Positions 1 through 9,219 of a stretch of DNA of 64,000 nucleotides are shown here, in pieces. Positions within the stretch are counted from its first letter, which is position 1. Each line of letters starts with the position of its first letter. The position numbers and the translations under genes were made by a program. This DNA is from a virus. The stretch lies in IMG/VR virus record IMGVR_UViG_3300021492_000072. One strand, given 5' to 3'. The notes beneath the pieces were generated by a model, which saw only the letters and a program-made list of their open reading frames with translations, was not told the origin of the DNA and did no database searches.

Positions 1-85
1 CTCAGGAGTCCAGCACTGGTCTTTTCTCGGCCTCGCACGCGCCAGATAAACGCGCCATCACCAAATTTTTGGGACTCATATTCAC
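1..85 (-). CDS. Hypothetical protein, 5' part only (runs off left edge)
   Basis: GGAGG SD followed by GTG/ATG, open to position 1; not in ORF track. Confidence 0.4.
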
Positions 86-200
86 TCTAACCTCCCTATA
101 ACTCATCATTATCAAAATAAGCCCTCTTTGGCACTATTTATATAACGCATAGCTTGGAGTAGTCACTAAAATTTTTTAACTCCTCTTGAATGACTAAGCG

Positions 201-584
201 CTACTTCTCAAATATGTGTCCTAGATTGAGATATAAGAGCTTTCTCTCCCCTTGTGTTAAACCCAACACCTCTGATAACCAACCCATTAACAAAAACCGT
301 GAAGGAAATGTGGGAGTAGACCTGAGATCCAAATGACCATACTTAAAACCCACTCGCTTCCAGTGTGGGTAAAGTTCCATAAACCGCTCCCAATACTTTT
401 CATGATCTGGCCTGATCTGGATCCAACACCACGCCCTGATCGTCGATTCAACTATTTCCACTGATTCAACCTGCACATCCGGCACCGCACGTGACAGTAT
501 AGAAGTTAACACTTGCATCAAACCAGACTTCCAAGAAGGTTCACTTTTTAAACATCTTAATTTTAACTCGTAACCCTTTATCAT
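201..584 (-). CDS. Hypothetical protein
   Basis: ORF co-oriented with the leftward array; start uncertain. Confidence 0.65.
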   Translation of the reverse strand: MIKGYELKLRCLKSEPSWKSGLMQVLTSILSRAVPDVQVESVEIVESTIRAWCWIQIRPDHEKYWERFMELYPHWKRVGFKYGHLDLRSTPTFPSRFLLMGWLSEVLGLTQGERKLLYLNLGHIFEK

Positions 585-753
585 CTACTTCAACTTCTTC
601 AATTCTGCCAACCGGCCGACCTTTTTGTGACACTGTCATCCCTTTCAAACTCACCTTTAAATCTTCAAGGACTTCCTTTGCAAGGATATAGTTTCCATGT
701 CTTCTTGTTATTACATAGCCTTCTATGGTCAAATGTTCCTTACCATCCTTCAT
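541..753 (-). CDS. Hypothetical protein
   Basis: AAGGAGGT SD upstream. Confidence 0.7.
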   Translation of the reverse strand: MKDGKEHLTIEGYVITRRHGNYILAKEVLEDLKVSLKGMTVSQKGRPVGRIEEVEVDDKGLRVKIKMFKK

Positions 754-763
754 CCTACCTCCT

Positions 764-1357
764 TTATCTAACAGTCTTATGTGATCTATACCAATTTACG
801 AACCACTTCAGTTGGCTTACACCAACTTTAAGTAACCACAGCTTTCCCTCGGGCGACATTAGTGCGGTAGAGATGTCAGTTATTATCTTATCATAAAGCT
901 TCCCTGTGTCTACATACGACACTACGTGTCCCTTCTTGAGCTTAACAAACGCACGTACCGAATTCACCTCAACTACGACATCCCTATAATGTCCACGGAT
1001 AGTTACATTTGGATCATTGGGGGCTTTACTAGGAATGATTTTATCTAAACAAAACGTCCCTCGTAGAGCAGTATGACGCATTTGTCTCCGCACTTTAGTC
1101 GCGTCAGCTAGATTCCTCTCTCGCTGCTCGTACAACTTCATGAACCTGTCTGCAAATTCACGCCCGGCTTGCGTCGGGCGTATTTCAATGTATCCTCTCT
1201 TTATTAGAAATGCTAAGGCACCACTTATAGATGGAGGCATCCCAAATCGGTCAACGTTCCTCCGTACGAACTCAGGGCGCATACACTTCAATACTGTGGG
1301 AGAAACCCATGTTCCATCTTCTACACGTAGGTATACATTCTTCAATTTTTCTTTCAT
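764..1357 (-). CDS. Hypothetical protein, paralog family A (copy 1 of 3)
   Basis: Shares VSxxxLKCM, LxYL(I/L)KxG...RPTxAGxE and LYxKIIxDI...SPxGxLW with 2391..3020 and 4246..4887. Confidence 0.85.
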   Translation of the reverse strand: MKEKLKNVYLRVEDGTWVSPTVLKCMRPEFVRRNVDRFGMPPSISGALAFLIKRGYIEIRPTQAGREFADRFMKLYEQRERNLADATKVRRQMRHTALRGTFCLDKIIPSKAPNDPNVTIRGHYRDVVVEVNSVRAFVKLKKGHVVSYVDTGKLYDKIITDISTALMSPEGKLWLLKVGVSQLKWFVNWYRSHKTVR

Positions 1358-1719
1358 GATTCCTCTCCATAATGTGTTTTACGTACCTCCAAGGTTACAG
1401 GATGCCCGTAACCACCAAACCTAATATTGTAAATATATTTCACTCCCATGTTAATCCCTATAGGACTTATATAGACATCACCCACAAACGACTTCTTCTT
1501 GAGTTCACAAATTAGCTGAGCCGCAAGATCACCCATTCCATTCGCTATCTTTAAGCGATCTCTCAGCTCAGGATTTGGGTTACCACGTATAACCGTCCTA
1601 TCCTTTAAGAAACGCCTTAAGAACACACCCAAACCCTCTGGGTGACCTCCGTAGTACTTAAATATAGCTATTAACGGACGCCCCTCCTCATTAAACACAG
1701 TTATCACTGCTTCATTCAC
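1354..1719 (-). CDS. Conserved phage hypothetical protein
   Basis: YYGGHPEGLG and NGMGDLAAQL resemble a widespread phage family (HxDGYPxGxG / NGMGxLAAQ); SD present. Confidence 0.75.
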   Translation of the reverse strand: MNEAVITVFNEEGRPLIAIFKYYGGHPEGLGVFLRRFLKDRTVIRGNPNPELRDRLKIANGMGDLAAQLICELKKKSFVGDVYISPIGINMGVKYIYNIRFGGYGHPVTLEVRKTHYGEES

Positions 1720-1749
1720 TCCGTACTACCTCCTATGACATCAGTCAAA

Positions 1750-2376
1750 TTAACGTTCATACCATGGACTAGGATAATGAGCACAGAACTCCTCCCACTT
1801 TTGGATAACGTGGCCTCCATAACATTCGTTGAAAAGACACACACACCACTGTAACTCGGCTTGCTGTACTACATCAAGTGGGAGAAGAATACGTGTTCCT
1901 TGAATTCCAAACGAAGGAGGATTTGAGGCGAGCCTGGGATTCTTACGACAATCCCAGTATGCGCGTTGTACTTCAAAATTAACACGTTTCAAATATGGCG
2001 TGGCCTGGCGCCATGTCTTTAGATACTCAGTCCACAGGCTATTAAGCTTTAGTAAACGACGTTGAGGTGCAGTTATACCACACAACAAGTCCTTTAACTT
2101 AACGAGAGTTACAGACCGTATGTCGCGTCTTTCTAGACATACTGGTGTACCTAGGACTGCTAACCGAGGGAAGTTCACTTTAACCTTATTAGACTCAGCA
2201 AAAAACACCTCAACTAACACATCATCAGGCAATCGTGTTTTAAACTGAACCGAAGGTGCGACAAATAATATTGTTTCTAAAACGACAGCAGGATGAATCT
2301 GTGATAAAAGACTCTCTTCTGCCTTCCTAAGTTCAGTGCATGAATAGTCGATCATCTTTAGACCCTCGGCAACCAC
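1750..2376 (-). CDS. Hypothetical protein
   Basis: 208-aa ORF in array; start uncertain. Confidence 0.7.
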   Translation of the reverse strand: MVAEGLKMIDYSCTELRKAEESLLSQIHPAVVLETILFVAPSVQFKTRLPDDVLVEVFFAESNKVKVNFPRLAVLGTPVCLERRDIRSVTLVKLKDLLCGITAPQRRLLKLNSLWTEYLKTWRQATPYLKRVNFEVQRAYWDCRKNPRLASNPPSFGIQGTRILLPLDVVQQAELQWCVCLFNECYGGHVIQKWEEFCAHYPSPWYER

Positions 2377-2390
2377 GTAAGCGAATTATT

Positions 2391-3020
2391 TCATCCAACC
2401 CCCTTCCTGTTTTTACTCTTTGTCACGTGATTGTTAAGGAACCGCTCTATATGTTTCGCGCTAACTCTAACCACCCATAGCCTACCTGCGGGTGACTTAA
2501 GAACATTGGTGATATCTGTTATTATTTTGTTGTAAAGACTGCCTCTTTGTACGTACGTTGTTCTCACACCGTTCCTTCGAAGCTTGATACACTTATACTT
2601 TGTGGACGCTTCTACTATAACGTCCCCGTAGTGACCTTTTACATCAACATGAATTCCATGTGGAGTAATTCCATCCAAACTGAATGATCCTGTTCGCACG
2701 ATTTGACGTACCTGCCTTCGCCCCTCAGCTTCCCTCTTCCACCTCTCATGTGATACTTTATACGATTCAAGAAAGGCTTTCACTAATTCACACCCAGTCT
2801 GTGTCGGGCGTATTTCAGCAAGGCCCTCCTTTAGTAAGTAGGACAGGGTGTGGTTTATTGCCCATGGCATTTCCAACTGTTTATCATCAATTTGCTTTTG
2901 TACATAACTAGTGTACATGCACTTCAAGGTAGAAGCGGAGACCCACATTTTGCCCGGTCCACGATATAGAAAAGGCCCTGCCTCACTCAACTTTTTTAGC
3001 AGGCGAATTCCTTTTGACAT
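2391..3020 (-). CDS. Hypothetical protein, paralog family A (copy 2 of 3)
   Basis: Visible alignment to 764..1357 and 4246..4887. Confidence 0.85.
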   Translation of the reverse strand: MSKGIRLLKKLSEAGPFLYRGPGKMWVSASTLKCMYTSYVQKQIDDKQLEMPWAINHTLSYLLKEGLAEIRPTQTGCELVKAFLESYKVSHERWKREAEGRRQVRQIVRTGSFSLDGITPHGIHVDVKGHYGDVIVEASTKYKCIKLRRNGVRTTYVQRGSLYNKIITDITNVLKSPAGRLWVVRVSAKHIERFLNNHVTKSKNRKGVG

Positions 3021-3048
3021 ATTAGATCAGACTCTCCACACTCAATGT

Positions 3049-3234
3049 TTACTCTTTGTCACCCTCTACTGTAAGTTTAACTCGCACTTCTCTGGGCAGT
3101 TCAGCATTCCTTTTTACGTATACTACACCTGTTACCTCTTCAGACTCGATGTTAAACCTGTGGTACCTTTTTGTATCCCTCTCATATACCGCTTTTACTT
3201 CTACAAAGTCTTTTCTACCCATCTTCTTGTTCAC
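3049..3234 (-). CDS. Small beta-rich hypothetical protein
   Basis: GGAGGTG SD, co-oriented. Confidence 0.7.
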   Translation of the reverse strand: MNKKMGRKDFVEVKAVYERDTKRYHRFNIESEEVTGVVYVKRNAELPREVRVKLTVEGDKE

Positions 3235-3403
3235 CTCCTATTTTTTCCTTCTTTGTTGTTATAGTTACTTTAAACGCACAACCACACCTTTCGCATTTGT
3301 AGGTATGAATCTCAACCTGTTCATAACCCTGACCATCATCTATTACCTCAGGTGAGAACTCGTCCTCTCTTGCCCTCGCCCCACATTCAGGACAATGTTC
3401 CAT
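3215..3403 (-). CDS. Zinc-ribbon protein
   Basis: CPECG ... CERCG; ATG at 3403 after GGGGGTGA SD (ORF track extends to 3526). Confidence 0.75.
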   Translation of the reverse strand: MEHCPECGARAREDEFSPEVIDDGQGYEQVEIHTYKCERCGCAFKVTITTKKEKIGGEQEDG

Positions 3404-3573
3404 TTTCTCACCCCCTATCGACTTTCTCTTTCTCCTCTTTATAGCACTCATAACACCACGCGTAGATGACGTCCTCTTTTCCTGTAAGTCCTTACTCCCA
3501 CAATCGCTGTATATCTCGGGCATCACCTATAGTAACTATACCAGGAGCTTCCTCTGACATCGTGCTTCACCTT

Positions 3574-3780
3574 TCATTTCTTTAGTGCGTGTTGGTTGCA
3601 TATATGTCGGATCAAGGTCACATTACCAAATGGTGTTACTACCTCACATACCAAACACCCACATGGAGCTACCCTTAAACGTGCAGGGAACTCAACTACA
3701 TATTCAGCGTCCTTAAAGATAGCTCTCAGCTCCTCACTATGCTTTACATCATCTCTGTCCCAAACAGTAAACGTTGGCAT
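3574..3780 (-). CDS. Small Cys/His-containing hypothetical protein
   Basis: AGGAGGT SD; PCGC...HICxxH. Confidence 0.7.
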   Translation of the reverse strand: MPTFTVWDRDDVKHSEELRAIFKDAEYVVEFPARLRVAPCGCLVCEVVTPFGNVTLIRHICNQHALKK

Positions 3781-3856
3781 TTCCTCTTACCTCCTAACAT
3801 TTTAAAATTAAATTTTTTTAAATTAAAAAATTAGCCCACACGCACTTCATGTGCTC

Positions 3857-4171
3857 CTACCCATACTTCTCCTCATAGTATTCATATAAATCTTGCATAG
3901 CACTACAAATCCCTTCTGGTAAGTAATCATCCGGAAATTCATCCCTCTCAATAACCTCGTCATACAGTTTTGTTAAACTATCCCTGTCCTTTACCCACTC
4001 ATCTCTTAGTCTCTTAACTAACCTCATCATATGTGGATCTTTTACAGACTCCTTCTTCAGTTCTTCATATATTGTGTCGATTTCATCATACCTAGCTAGC
4101 GTATAAAAGCGGCTATCCTTGTCTAGGTTACATATGAAGCTTTCTAACCTTTCCCAACCTTTACCCATCAA
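3857..4171 (-). CDS. Acidic hypothetical protein
   Basis: AGGAGGTG SD. Confidence 0.75.
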   Translation of the reverse strand: MMGKGWERLESFICNLDKDSRFYTLARYDEIDTIYEELKKESVKDPHMMRLVKRLRDEWVKDRDSLTKLYDEVIERDEFPDDYLPEGICSAMQDLYEYYEEKYG

Positions 4172-4245
4172 CCACCTCCTACATCTGGAAATAACAGGAT
4201 GGAGTTATTTCAATTTTCTTCCTTAACTTGAACAACTCGCTTATT

Positions 4246-4887
4246 TTAGGGGCCGCCGCCCTTTAACGTATCCTTCGGTCTGAGGTAACGTTCTAAACAC
4301 CCAACTCCAGTTCTTACCAGCCACAACCTTCCTTTGGGCGACCTAAGAGTATTGTTGATATCGTTTATCAACTTATTGTAGAGCTTTCCCGCTCCCACGA
4401 ACGACACCACGTTTCCTCTTTGTAACTTCACATAACGCCCGAATTCGAACGCTGTAACCTTTACATAACGCCCGTGTGTAAGCGTTGTAGCCTTCACATC
4501 TTCGTTATAGTAACCGAAAATAACGATGTTATACTTACGTTTAGTAATCTTATCCAACTCAAACTTACTTCTTTGCACAATGGACCGCATTCGCCTCCGT
4601 TCCTTAGTTATCTCACGTCTCCTCATTTCTTCCATTTCATACGCTCCTAGCACACGACTCGCAAATTCATACCCCGCGTGTGTCGGTTTGAGTTGAACGT
4701 AACCGTTCTTTATTAAATATATCAGTGCTGCTCCAATAGACTCCGGCATTTTTCTTCTCCCGTTCACGCTTCCAAACAGAAAGTCATGATCCATGCACTT
4801 CAAGTGTAGTGTGGAGACCTTGTTTGACCCCACACGCACAATCTTGTTATTCTTCAACTTTCGAATTTCCTTAAGGAGTTCTTTCAT
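4246..4887 (-). CDS. Hypothetical protein, paralog family A (copy 3 of 3)
   Basis: Alignment to the other two copies; short internal duplication GRYVK. Confidence 0.85.
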   Translation of the reverse strand: MKELLKEIRKLKNNKIVRVGSNKVSTLHLKCMDHDFLFGSVNGRRKMPESIGAALIYLIKNGYVQLKPTHAGYEFASRVLGAYEMEEMRRREITKERRRMRSIVQRSKFELDKITKRKYNIVIFGYYNEDVKATTLTHGRYVKVTAFEFGRYVKLQRGNVVSFVGAGKLYNKLINDINNTLRSPKGRLWLVRTGVGCLERYLRPKDTLKGGGP

Positions 4888-4932
4888 TCCTGCCCCCTGT
4901 ATTTTAAACCTAAAAGCATAGTTCCACTGAGT

Positions 4933-5163
4933 TCACGTGTCAGCTTCATCCAAAATTTGGTACAACCTATAAATGAAATTCCTGATCACCTCATCCTCTT
5001 TAGTTTCCAACGTGTCCATTAGATCCTTCATGTAGAACCGACAGACCAAATCCACTCTCCCCTCCCGAAAGCTCTCCTTTCTGACTTTATACCTAGCTGA
5101 ATTCAGATCAGTGGAGAACCGCGATACTTCCTCTACTACTTTGTTTTTTATCTGAGCGTTCAC
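4933..5163 (-). CDS. Hypothetical protein
   Basis: GTGA overlap with upstream gene. Confidence 0.7.
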   Translation of the reverse strand: MNAQIKNKVVEEVSRFSTDLNSARYKVRKESFREGRVDLVCRFYMKDLMDTLETKEDEVIRNFIYRLYQILDEADT

Positions 5164-5360
5164 TTACTACCCCCATTAGTTCGTGTCTCAACGTAGCTTT
5201 CATAAGGAGGCGTAGCTGGGGCTTCTCTAACCCTAAAGCCAGCCTCTTCAAAAACCTTATACAACTCCTGCCGGTTCAGTATCACATCGTCCAAATCCGA
5301 GTCAGCAAACAAATGGATTTGGACGTCACCTTTCTCAAGTATGAAGTATTTCTCACTCAT
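5160..5360 (-). CDS. Hypothetical protein
   Basis: Tightly packed in array. Confidence 0.7.
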   Translation of the reverse strand: MSEKYFILEKGDVQIHLFADSDLDDVILNRQELYKVFEEAGFRVREAPATPPYESYVETRTNGGSK

Positions 5361-5362
5361 CT

Positions 5363-5560
5363 TTACCCCTCTTTTTTATATATTCCATCTTTGCACGACC
5401 CTTCTTCCTTTTGGTCCACGACCACTACTGAACAACACGGGCACGTCCACGCCGTCCATGGCTGATGTTCATCTACCTCAACCACGCCACCTTCTTGACA
5501 GATGACGCAGTCAGGATTATCGCACTCAATCCTAATCACTTTTTTATCTCCTTCCTCCAT
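5363..5560 (-). CDS. Cys-rich putative metal-binding protein
   Basis: CDNPDCxxC ... CPCC. Confidence 0.65.
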   Translation of the reverse strand: MEEGDKKVIRIECDNPDCVICQEGGVVEVDEHQPWTAWTCPCCSVVVVDQKEEGSCKDGIYKKEG

Positions 5561-5591
5561 CTTTCCTTACATCATTGACCCAGAATGAACT

Positions 5592-5939
5592 TCATATATG
5601 TAAACGCCCACGCGTTGATTTCCTTTTCATCGATAATTCATGCCCATTCTCATCTAACAGGCTGATCACATCACCTAAATGAAACTTCACCTCATCCCCC
5701 CGCTTTACGCCTAACGTGATGGGATCTAAAGGTTCATTATCTAGATACCCATACCCATAAGTGCCATCTACCTTTGTCACACGAACCCACATCCTTTCCC
5801 CATTGTCACCTTTTTCATCCGTGAAAATCAGCTTCACCCAGTATCCCGGCTTCACTTTCAACAACTCTTTCCTCGTAGGGAGGTCGAACGTCTGTAAAAT
5901 CGGGGGTCGCCGGATGAAGTACTTCTTTGCGGTCGACAT
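5592..5939 (-). CDS. DUF2314/YegJ-like protein
   Basis: GERMWVRV ... GYLDNEP ... GDEVKF motif; GGAGGTG SD. Confidence 0.65.
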   Translation of the reverse strand: MSTAKKYFIRRPPILQTFDLPTRKELLKVKPGYWVKLIFTDEKGDNGERMWVRVTKVDGTYGYGYLDNEPLDPITLGVKRGDEVKFHLGDVISLLDENGHELSMKRKSTRGRLHI

Positions 5940-5950
5940 AATTACACCTC

Positions 5951-6292
5951 CTAAGGGATCTGGTATTCAATTTTTGCTCCACAAACACGGCAGTATTTCC
6001 CACCTTCGTCGACTAAGACCTTACACTTAGGGCAGTACGTGTAGAGGTCGCCATATATACGATACTTCACCCAAGTAGTATCTTCATACCCAACTGCTAG
6101 AAACACAGCACAACTACCAGTGCGGTTATCTCTTACGTTAAAAGCCTTAACTATCACATCCAGCCCTGGTACCTGTAACTCACCTTCTGCTGGTGTTACC
6201 GCCGCGTCGACGTTATATACAGACTTCAGCCCTCCAGTTATTTCGTCAGAGAGGGCATTCTTTCTGACCCTAAGCTTAAGCAAATACTTCAT
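5951..6292 (-). CDS. Hypothetical protein with C-terminal zinc ribbon
   Basis: YCPKC ... KYCRVCG. Confidence 0.75.
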   Translation of the reverse strand: MKYLLKLRVRKNALSDEITGGLKSVYNVDAAVTPAEGELQVPGLDVIVKAFNVRDNRTGSCAVFLAVGYEDTTWVKYRIYGDLYTYCPKCKVLVDEGGKYCRVCGAKIEYQIP

Positions 6293-6325
6293 TGCTGTCT
6301 CCTTTACGCACCCTTGCTTTCTTAG

Positions 6326-6399
6326 CTGTGCGTCGCTTTTTGACTGTGCGTCGCTTTTTGACTGTGCGTCGCTTTTAACCCTTACTTTTGACTATGCGT
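6326..6399. repeat. 18-bp tandem repeat CTGTGCGTCGCTTTTTGA (two full copies, one partial, one degenerate)
   Basis: Read directly; intergenic. Confidence 0.9.
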
Positions 6400-6466
6400 T
6401 ACTAAGGGCCTAGGCATTTTCAACCCCACCCTGGGGGCAAAAACCAGGGGGGCCTGGCGCCTGTGT

Positions 6467-6784
6467 TCAGCCACGTGACACCTCATCAGGTTTGACCCGC
6501 GTGATTTGCTTGAAGACCCCTGTCCACGGTTTATCTCCTGCCTGCGAATAGCGTGCAGGCATCAAGCTCAAAGTCAGGTTCTTGACAAGCAGCTCTGCTT
6601 CCTTCTTCGGCCCTTCAAGTGAGAGCCCGAGGTTGAGACATCCCGGTCCTTCTACCAACTTGAGGCCTTTTACTTTGATGTCCTTGAAGTGTGTTTGGTT
6701 CATGATTGTCTCAGCAATCTCATGCCAGCGTGGTCTTAGGTCCTTCAACGTCGCGATCACATAAACATGTTGCTCTTCGCCCAT
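6467..6784 (-). CDS. Hypothetical protein
   Basis: AAAGGAGG SD preceded by a perfect 11-bp hairpin (CAGGGCAGTCT/AGACTGCCCTG). Confidence 0.75.
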   Translation of the reverse strand: MGEEQHVYVIATLKDLRPRWHEIAETIMNQTHFKDIKVKGLKLVEGPGCLNLGLSLEGPKKEAELLVKNLTLSLMPARYSQAGDKPWTGVFKQITRVKPDEVSRG

Positions 6785-6841
6785 TTGTTCCTCCTTTGGC
6801 AGACAGGGCAGTCTGTTTAGACTGCCCTGGACAGAAGGCTA

Positions 6842-7183
6842 CTACTCTTGTGCATCGTAGTAAGCCTTCTGCATTTCCGCCTTTAATGTGGACATCTTTA
6901 CTTTCTCTTGTACTCTCTTCCACAACTCAGGCTTCTCCGCTTTGAACATGAGTATGCAGACCTTTCTGAACCCAGTGGGCCCCAGTTTCTTGAAGACCTC
7001 AGGACCTTTGTCCTTGATGATACGAGCTGCCAGATCTCTCATATAAGTCGTGTGGCCCAACTGAGACTGTCCGTTCTTCTTCTCAAGCGCTGCGTCCACA
7101 AGAGACTTCAAATCCACAGTAGCTTCCTTCTCAGATTCTTTTACGTTCACAATAGATTTCTTTGCCTCCGCCATCTTCTTCAC
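6842..7183 (-). CDS. Hypothetical protein, paralog family B (likely ATG at 7174)
   Basis: Aligns with 11534..11842 (LKxLxxxAL ... GH...MR ... L(G/R)PxGF). Confidence 0.8.
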   Translation of the reverse strand: MKKMAEAKKSIVNVKESEKEATVDLKSLVDAALEKKNGQSQLGHTTYMRDLAARIIKDKGPEVFKKLGPTGFRKVCILMFKAEKPELWKRVQEKVKMSTLKAEMQKAYYDAQE

Positions 7184-7228
7184 CTCCTTTCACAGCCTTG
7201 ATTTGGACTGAAAGTCCAAGCTGTTCCA

Positions 7229-7268
7229 AACGTTTTAAAAAATAAAATTTTATATAAAAATAAAATTA
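7229..7268. promoter_or_regulatory. ~40-bp AT-rich element, near-identical to 7774-7813 and related to 3796-3833
   Basis: AACGTTTTAAAAAATAAAA.TTTATATAAAA(A)TAAAATTA read directly; function inferred. Confidence 0.55.
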
Positions 7269-7275
7269 TGCCTGA

Positions 7276-7452
7276 CTACAGGTAGTAAGAACCCCAACCG
7301 TCCAAGTACTTGTTAATCCAATAAGCTAACTCCTTATCCAGTTCTTCTACACACTCTGACATCTTATCATGCCCAAGCTCTTCCAACTTTTTACACAATA
7401 ACTTCTCTAGTGCCTGATATACCTCTTCCATCTCTTCTTCCTTTATATGCAC
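7276..7452 (-). CDS. 58-aa hypothetical protein (not in ORF track)
   Basis: GAGGAGGTGA SD then GTG; open frame ending ...WINKYLDGWGSYYL*. Confidence 0.65.
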   Translation of the reverse strand: MHIKEEEMEEVYQALEKLLCKKLEELGHDKMSECVEELDKELAYWINKYLDGWGSYYL

Positions 7453-7477
7453 TCTTCTTCACCTCCTCTTAGTTTGA

Positions 7478-7768
7478 CTAGATTATCCGGTCGATCTCTT
7501 CCTCAGCGATATACAGCTCATTACCTACTATGTCCACTTCTGCTTCTACATCATAAATCACATTATAGGCCCCTTTGTTGACGCTTAACACTACATTAAC
7601 TATCTTGGATCCCTCTGGTTCGTAAGTGGTCACTTGTCGATCGTCAATCACATACTTGCCTTTGAGATCCTTAAACTCATGCAACTCCAACCACCTGATG
7701 TTTCCAGTTTCACCCAGATCATCAACTGTCTTTATCTCCCTTAGTTTGTACCCTGTCACAAACGACAC
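7478..7768 (-). CDS. Acidic hypothetical protein
   Basis: AGGAGGTG SD; true start probably GTG at 7759. Confidence 0.7.
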   Translation of the reverse strand: MSFVTGYKLREIKTVDDLGETGNIRWLELHEFKDLKGKYVIDDRQVTTYEPEGSKIVNVVLSVNKGAYNVIYDVEAEVDIVGNELYIAEEEIDRII

Positions 7769-8026
7769 CTCCTAACGTTTTAAAAAATAAAAATTTATAT
7801 AAAATAAAATTAAACCTTCACAAACAAACCAGCTCTGCTTTTCCTTTCATTACCCTGCCTGGCCTCGCCAAAGCGAGACCTAGGGCAGGGTTTTGCCAAA
7901 GTAGAATTCCGGTGCTTAACTGCTTCTACTCGAAAGTTGCTCAGCTAAGTGGGCACCCCCGAGCTCAACCCCTTGATTTTATTACAGGTGTATTTTCACA
8001 TCAACCAGAAATTTCGTGCCAACCAC

Positions 8027-8371
8027 TTACTCATCTTGTCGCTGGAACAACACTTTATTAACCACTTCCACTTCAATCCGGGTGTACCGCGCTTCCGTAA
8101 TCTGATACGCTTTCTTCCGTGGGTCTAACTTACCCCACGACTGTTCCTTATCCTTCGCCGGTTTCGGTTCGTAAGTAATCCGATGCCTCAACCAACTATA
8201 CACCTGTCGGTACAGTTTCACTCGAGGAGTTTCCGTTAGCTCTTTCAGCTCAGCGTAGTCACAAATCACTCTAGTCCAAACACAGACTGGTTTCCCTTTC
8301 AACTTCTCTAGTAACCCAGGCTCCGCTCTCACTTCCTGCATGAACTGGTTGATGATGTCCCTGTAGTCCAC
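8027..8371 (-). CDS. Hypothetical protein
   Basis: Preceded by leader hairpin + SD. Confidence 0.8.
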   Translation of the reverse strand: MDYRDIINQFMQEVRAEPGLLEKLKGKPVCVWTRVICDYAELKELTETPRVKLYRQVYSWLRHRITYEPKPAKDKEQSWGKLDPRKKAYQITEARYTRIEVEVVNKVLFQRQDE

Positions 8372-8434
8372 TTTCTCTCACCTCCTTTCCAGCCCCTGAT
8401 TAGGGACCAAATGGTTCCCGAGCTGAATGGTATC

Positions 8435-8674
8435 CTACCAACTTCCATACCTAATAAGTCCTCGATTATACAGCGACACTATTCTTTCTTTCAGTATTGG
8501 ACGTATCTTTTCCCACTGTTCATCTGGCACCTCAGAATAATCCCAACACCAGCATCCGAAAACGCGACTTTTCGCTTCCTTGAGAGGTAGACCTGTACCT
8601 TTGATGACGTCCGCAATTAAGTCTCCTGGTCTAGGATGACCTGGTGGGCAGTCCAGCTCTATCGTTTTCGGCAT
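8435..8674 (-). CDS. Conserved phage hypothetical protein
   Basis: IELDCPPGxPRPGDLI ... GLIRYGSW; leader hairpin + SD. Confidence 0.8.
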   Translation of the reverse strand: MPKTIELDCPPGHPRPGDLIADVIKGTGLPLKEAKSRVFGCWCWDYSEVPDEQWEKIRPILKERIVSLYNRGLIRYGSW

Positions 8675-8773
8675 CTCCTCTCACCTCCTTTCTGGGCCCA
8701 AATTGGAACCTCTTGGGTCCTAGGCCCATTGTATATAGTTCCTTATAGGAACTATAACGTTGCTCAATCCCCT

Positions 8774-9178
8774 CTAAGCGGGTCTCTTTATTAGTTTGAT
8801 CATATAGGTATAACCTCTTTCCCATTTGTTAACCGGTTCCTCCTTTACTAATGTCCATCCTCTGCACTCTAGTAAATCGAAGAACTCTCTCCATACTCCA
8901 ACTCCGCTCCTCTCATCACCATAGCAGTGAACCTGTAAAACCGCGCCAACCTTACATACTCTATCCACCTCACGCGCCAACTTCACACGCGCGATTTTGT
9001 CTAACACTATCAATAGTTGCCCTATGTAAACCTCATCAGTAGATTCATCCTCAACCGGAATCCGATCAGGACACCTCCACTCCACGACTCCGTCATACTT
9101 CTCGCAGTCCAAATGAATCCAGTCTGGAGTGTCCTCTACCCAATATTCTTTTGGTCCCGAACCTAGATCGAGCTTCAT
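8774..9178 (-). CDS. Short class I SAM-dependent methyltransferase-like protein
   Basis: N-terminal LDLGSG motif I, WIHLD, ExxRVCKxG. Confidence 0.6.
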   Translation of the reverse strand: MKLDLGSGPKEYWVEDTPDWIHLDCEKYDGVVEWRCPDRIPVEDESTDEVYIGQLLIVLDKIARVKLAREVDRVCKVGAVLQVHCYGDERSGVGVWREFFDLLECRGWTLVKEEPVNKWERGYTYMIKLIKRPA

Positions 9179-9219
9179 TCCCTCACCTCCTTTCCAGCCT
9201 TAGATTAGGACCTTTGGTC

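Noticed and set aside
6300-6400. KRRTVK-repeat peptide encoded by the 18-bp repeat
   Set aside because: That minus-strand frame has a TAA immediately upstream and no start codon before the repeats.
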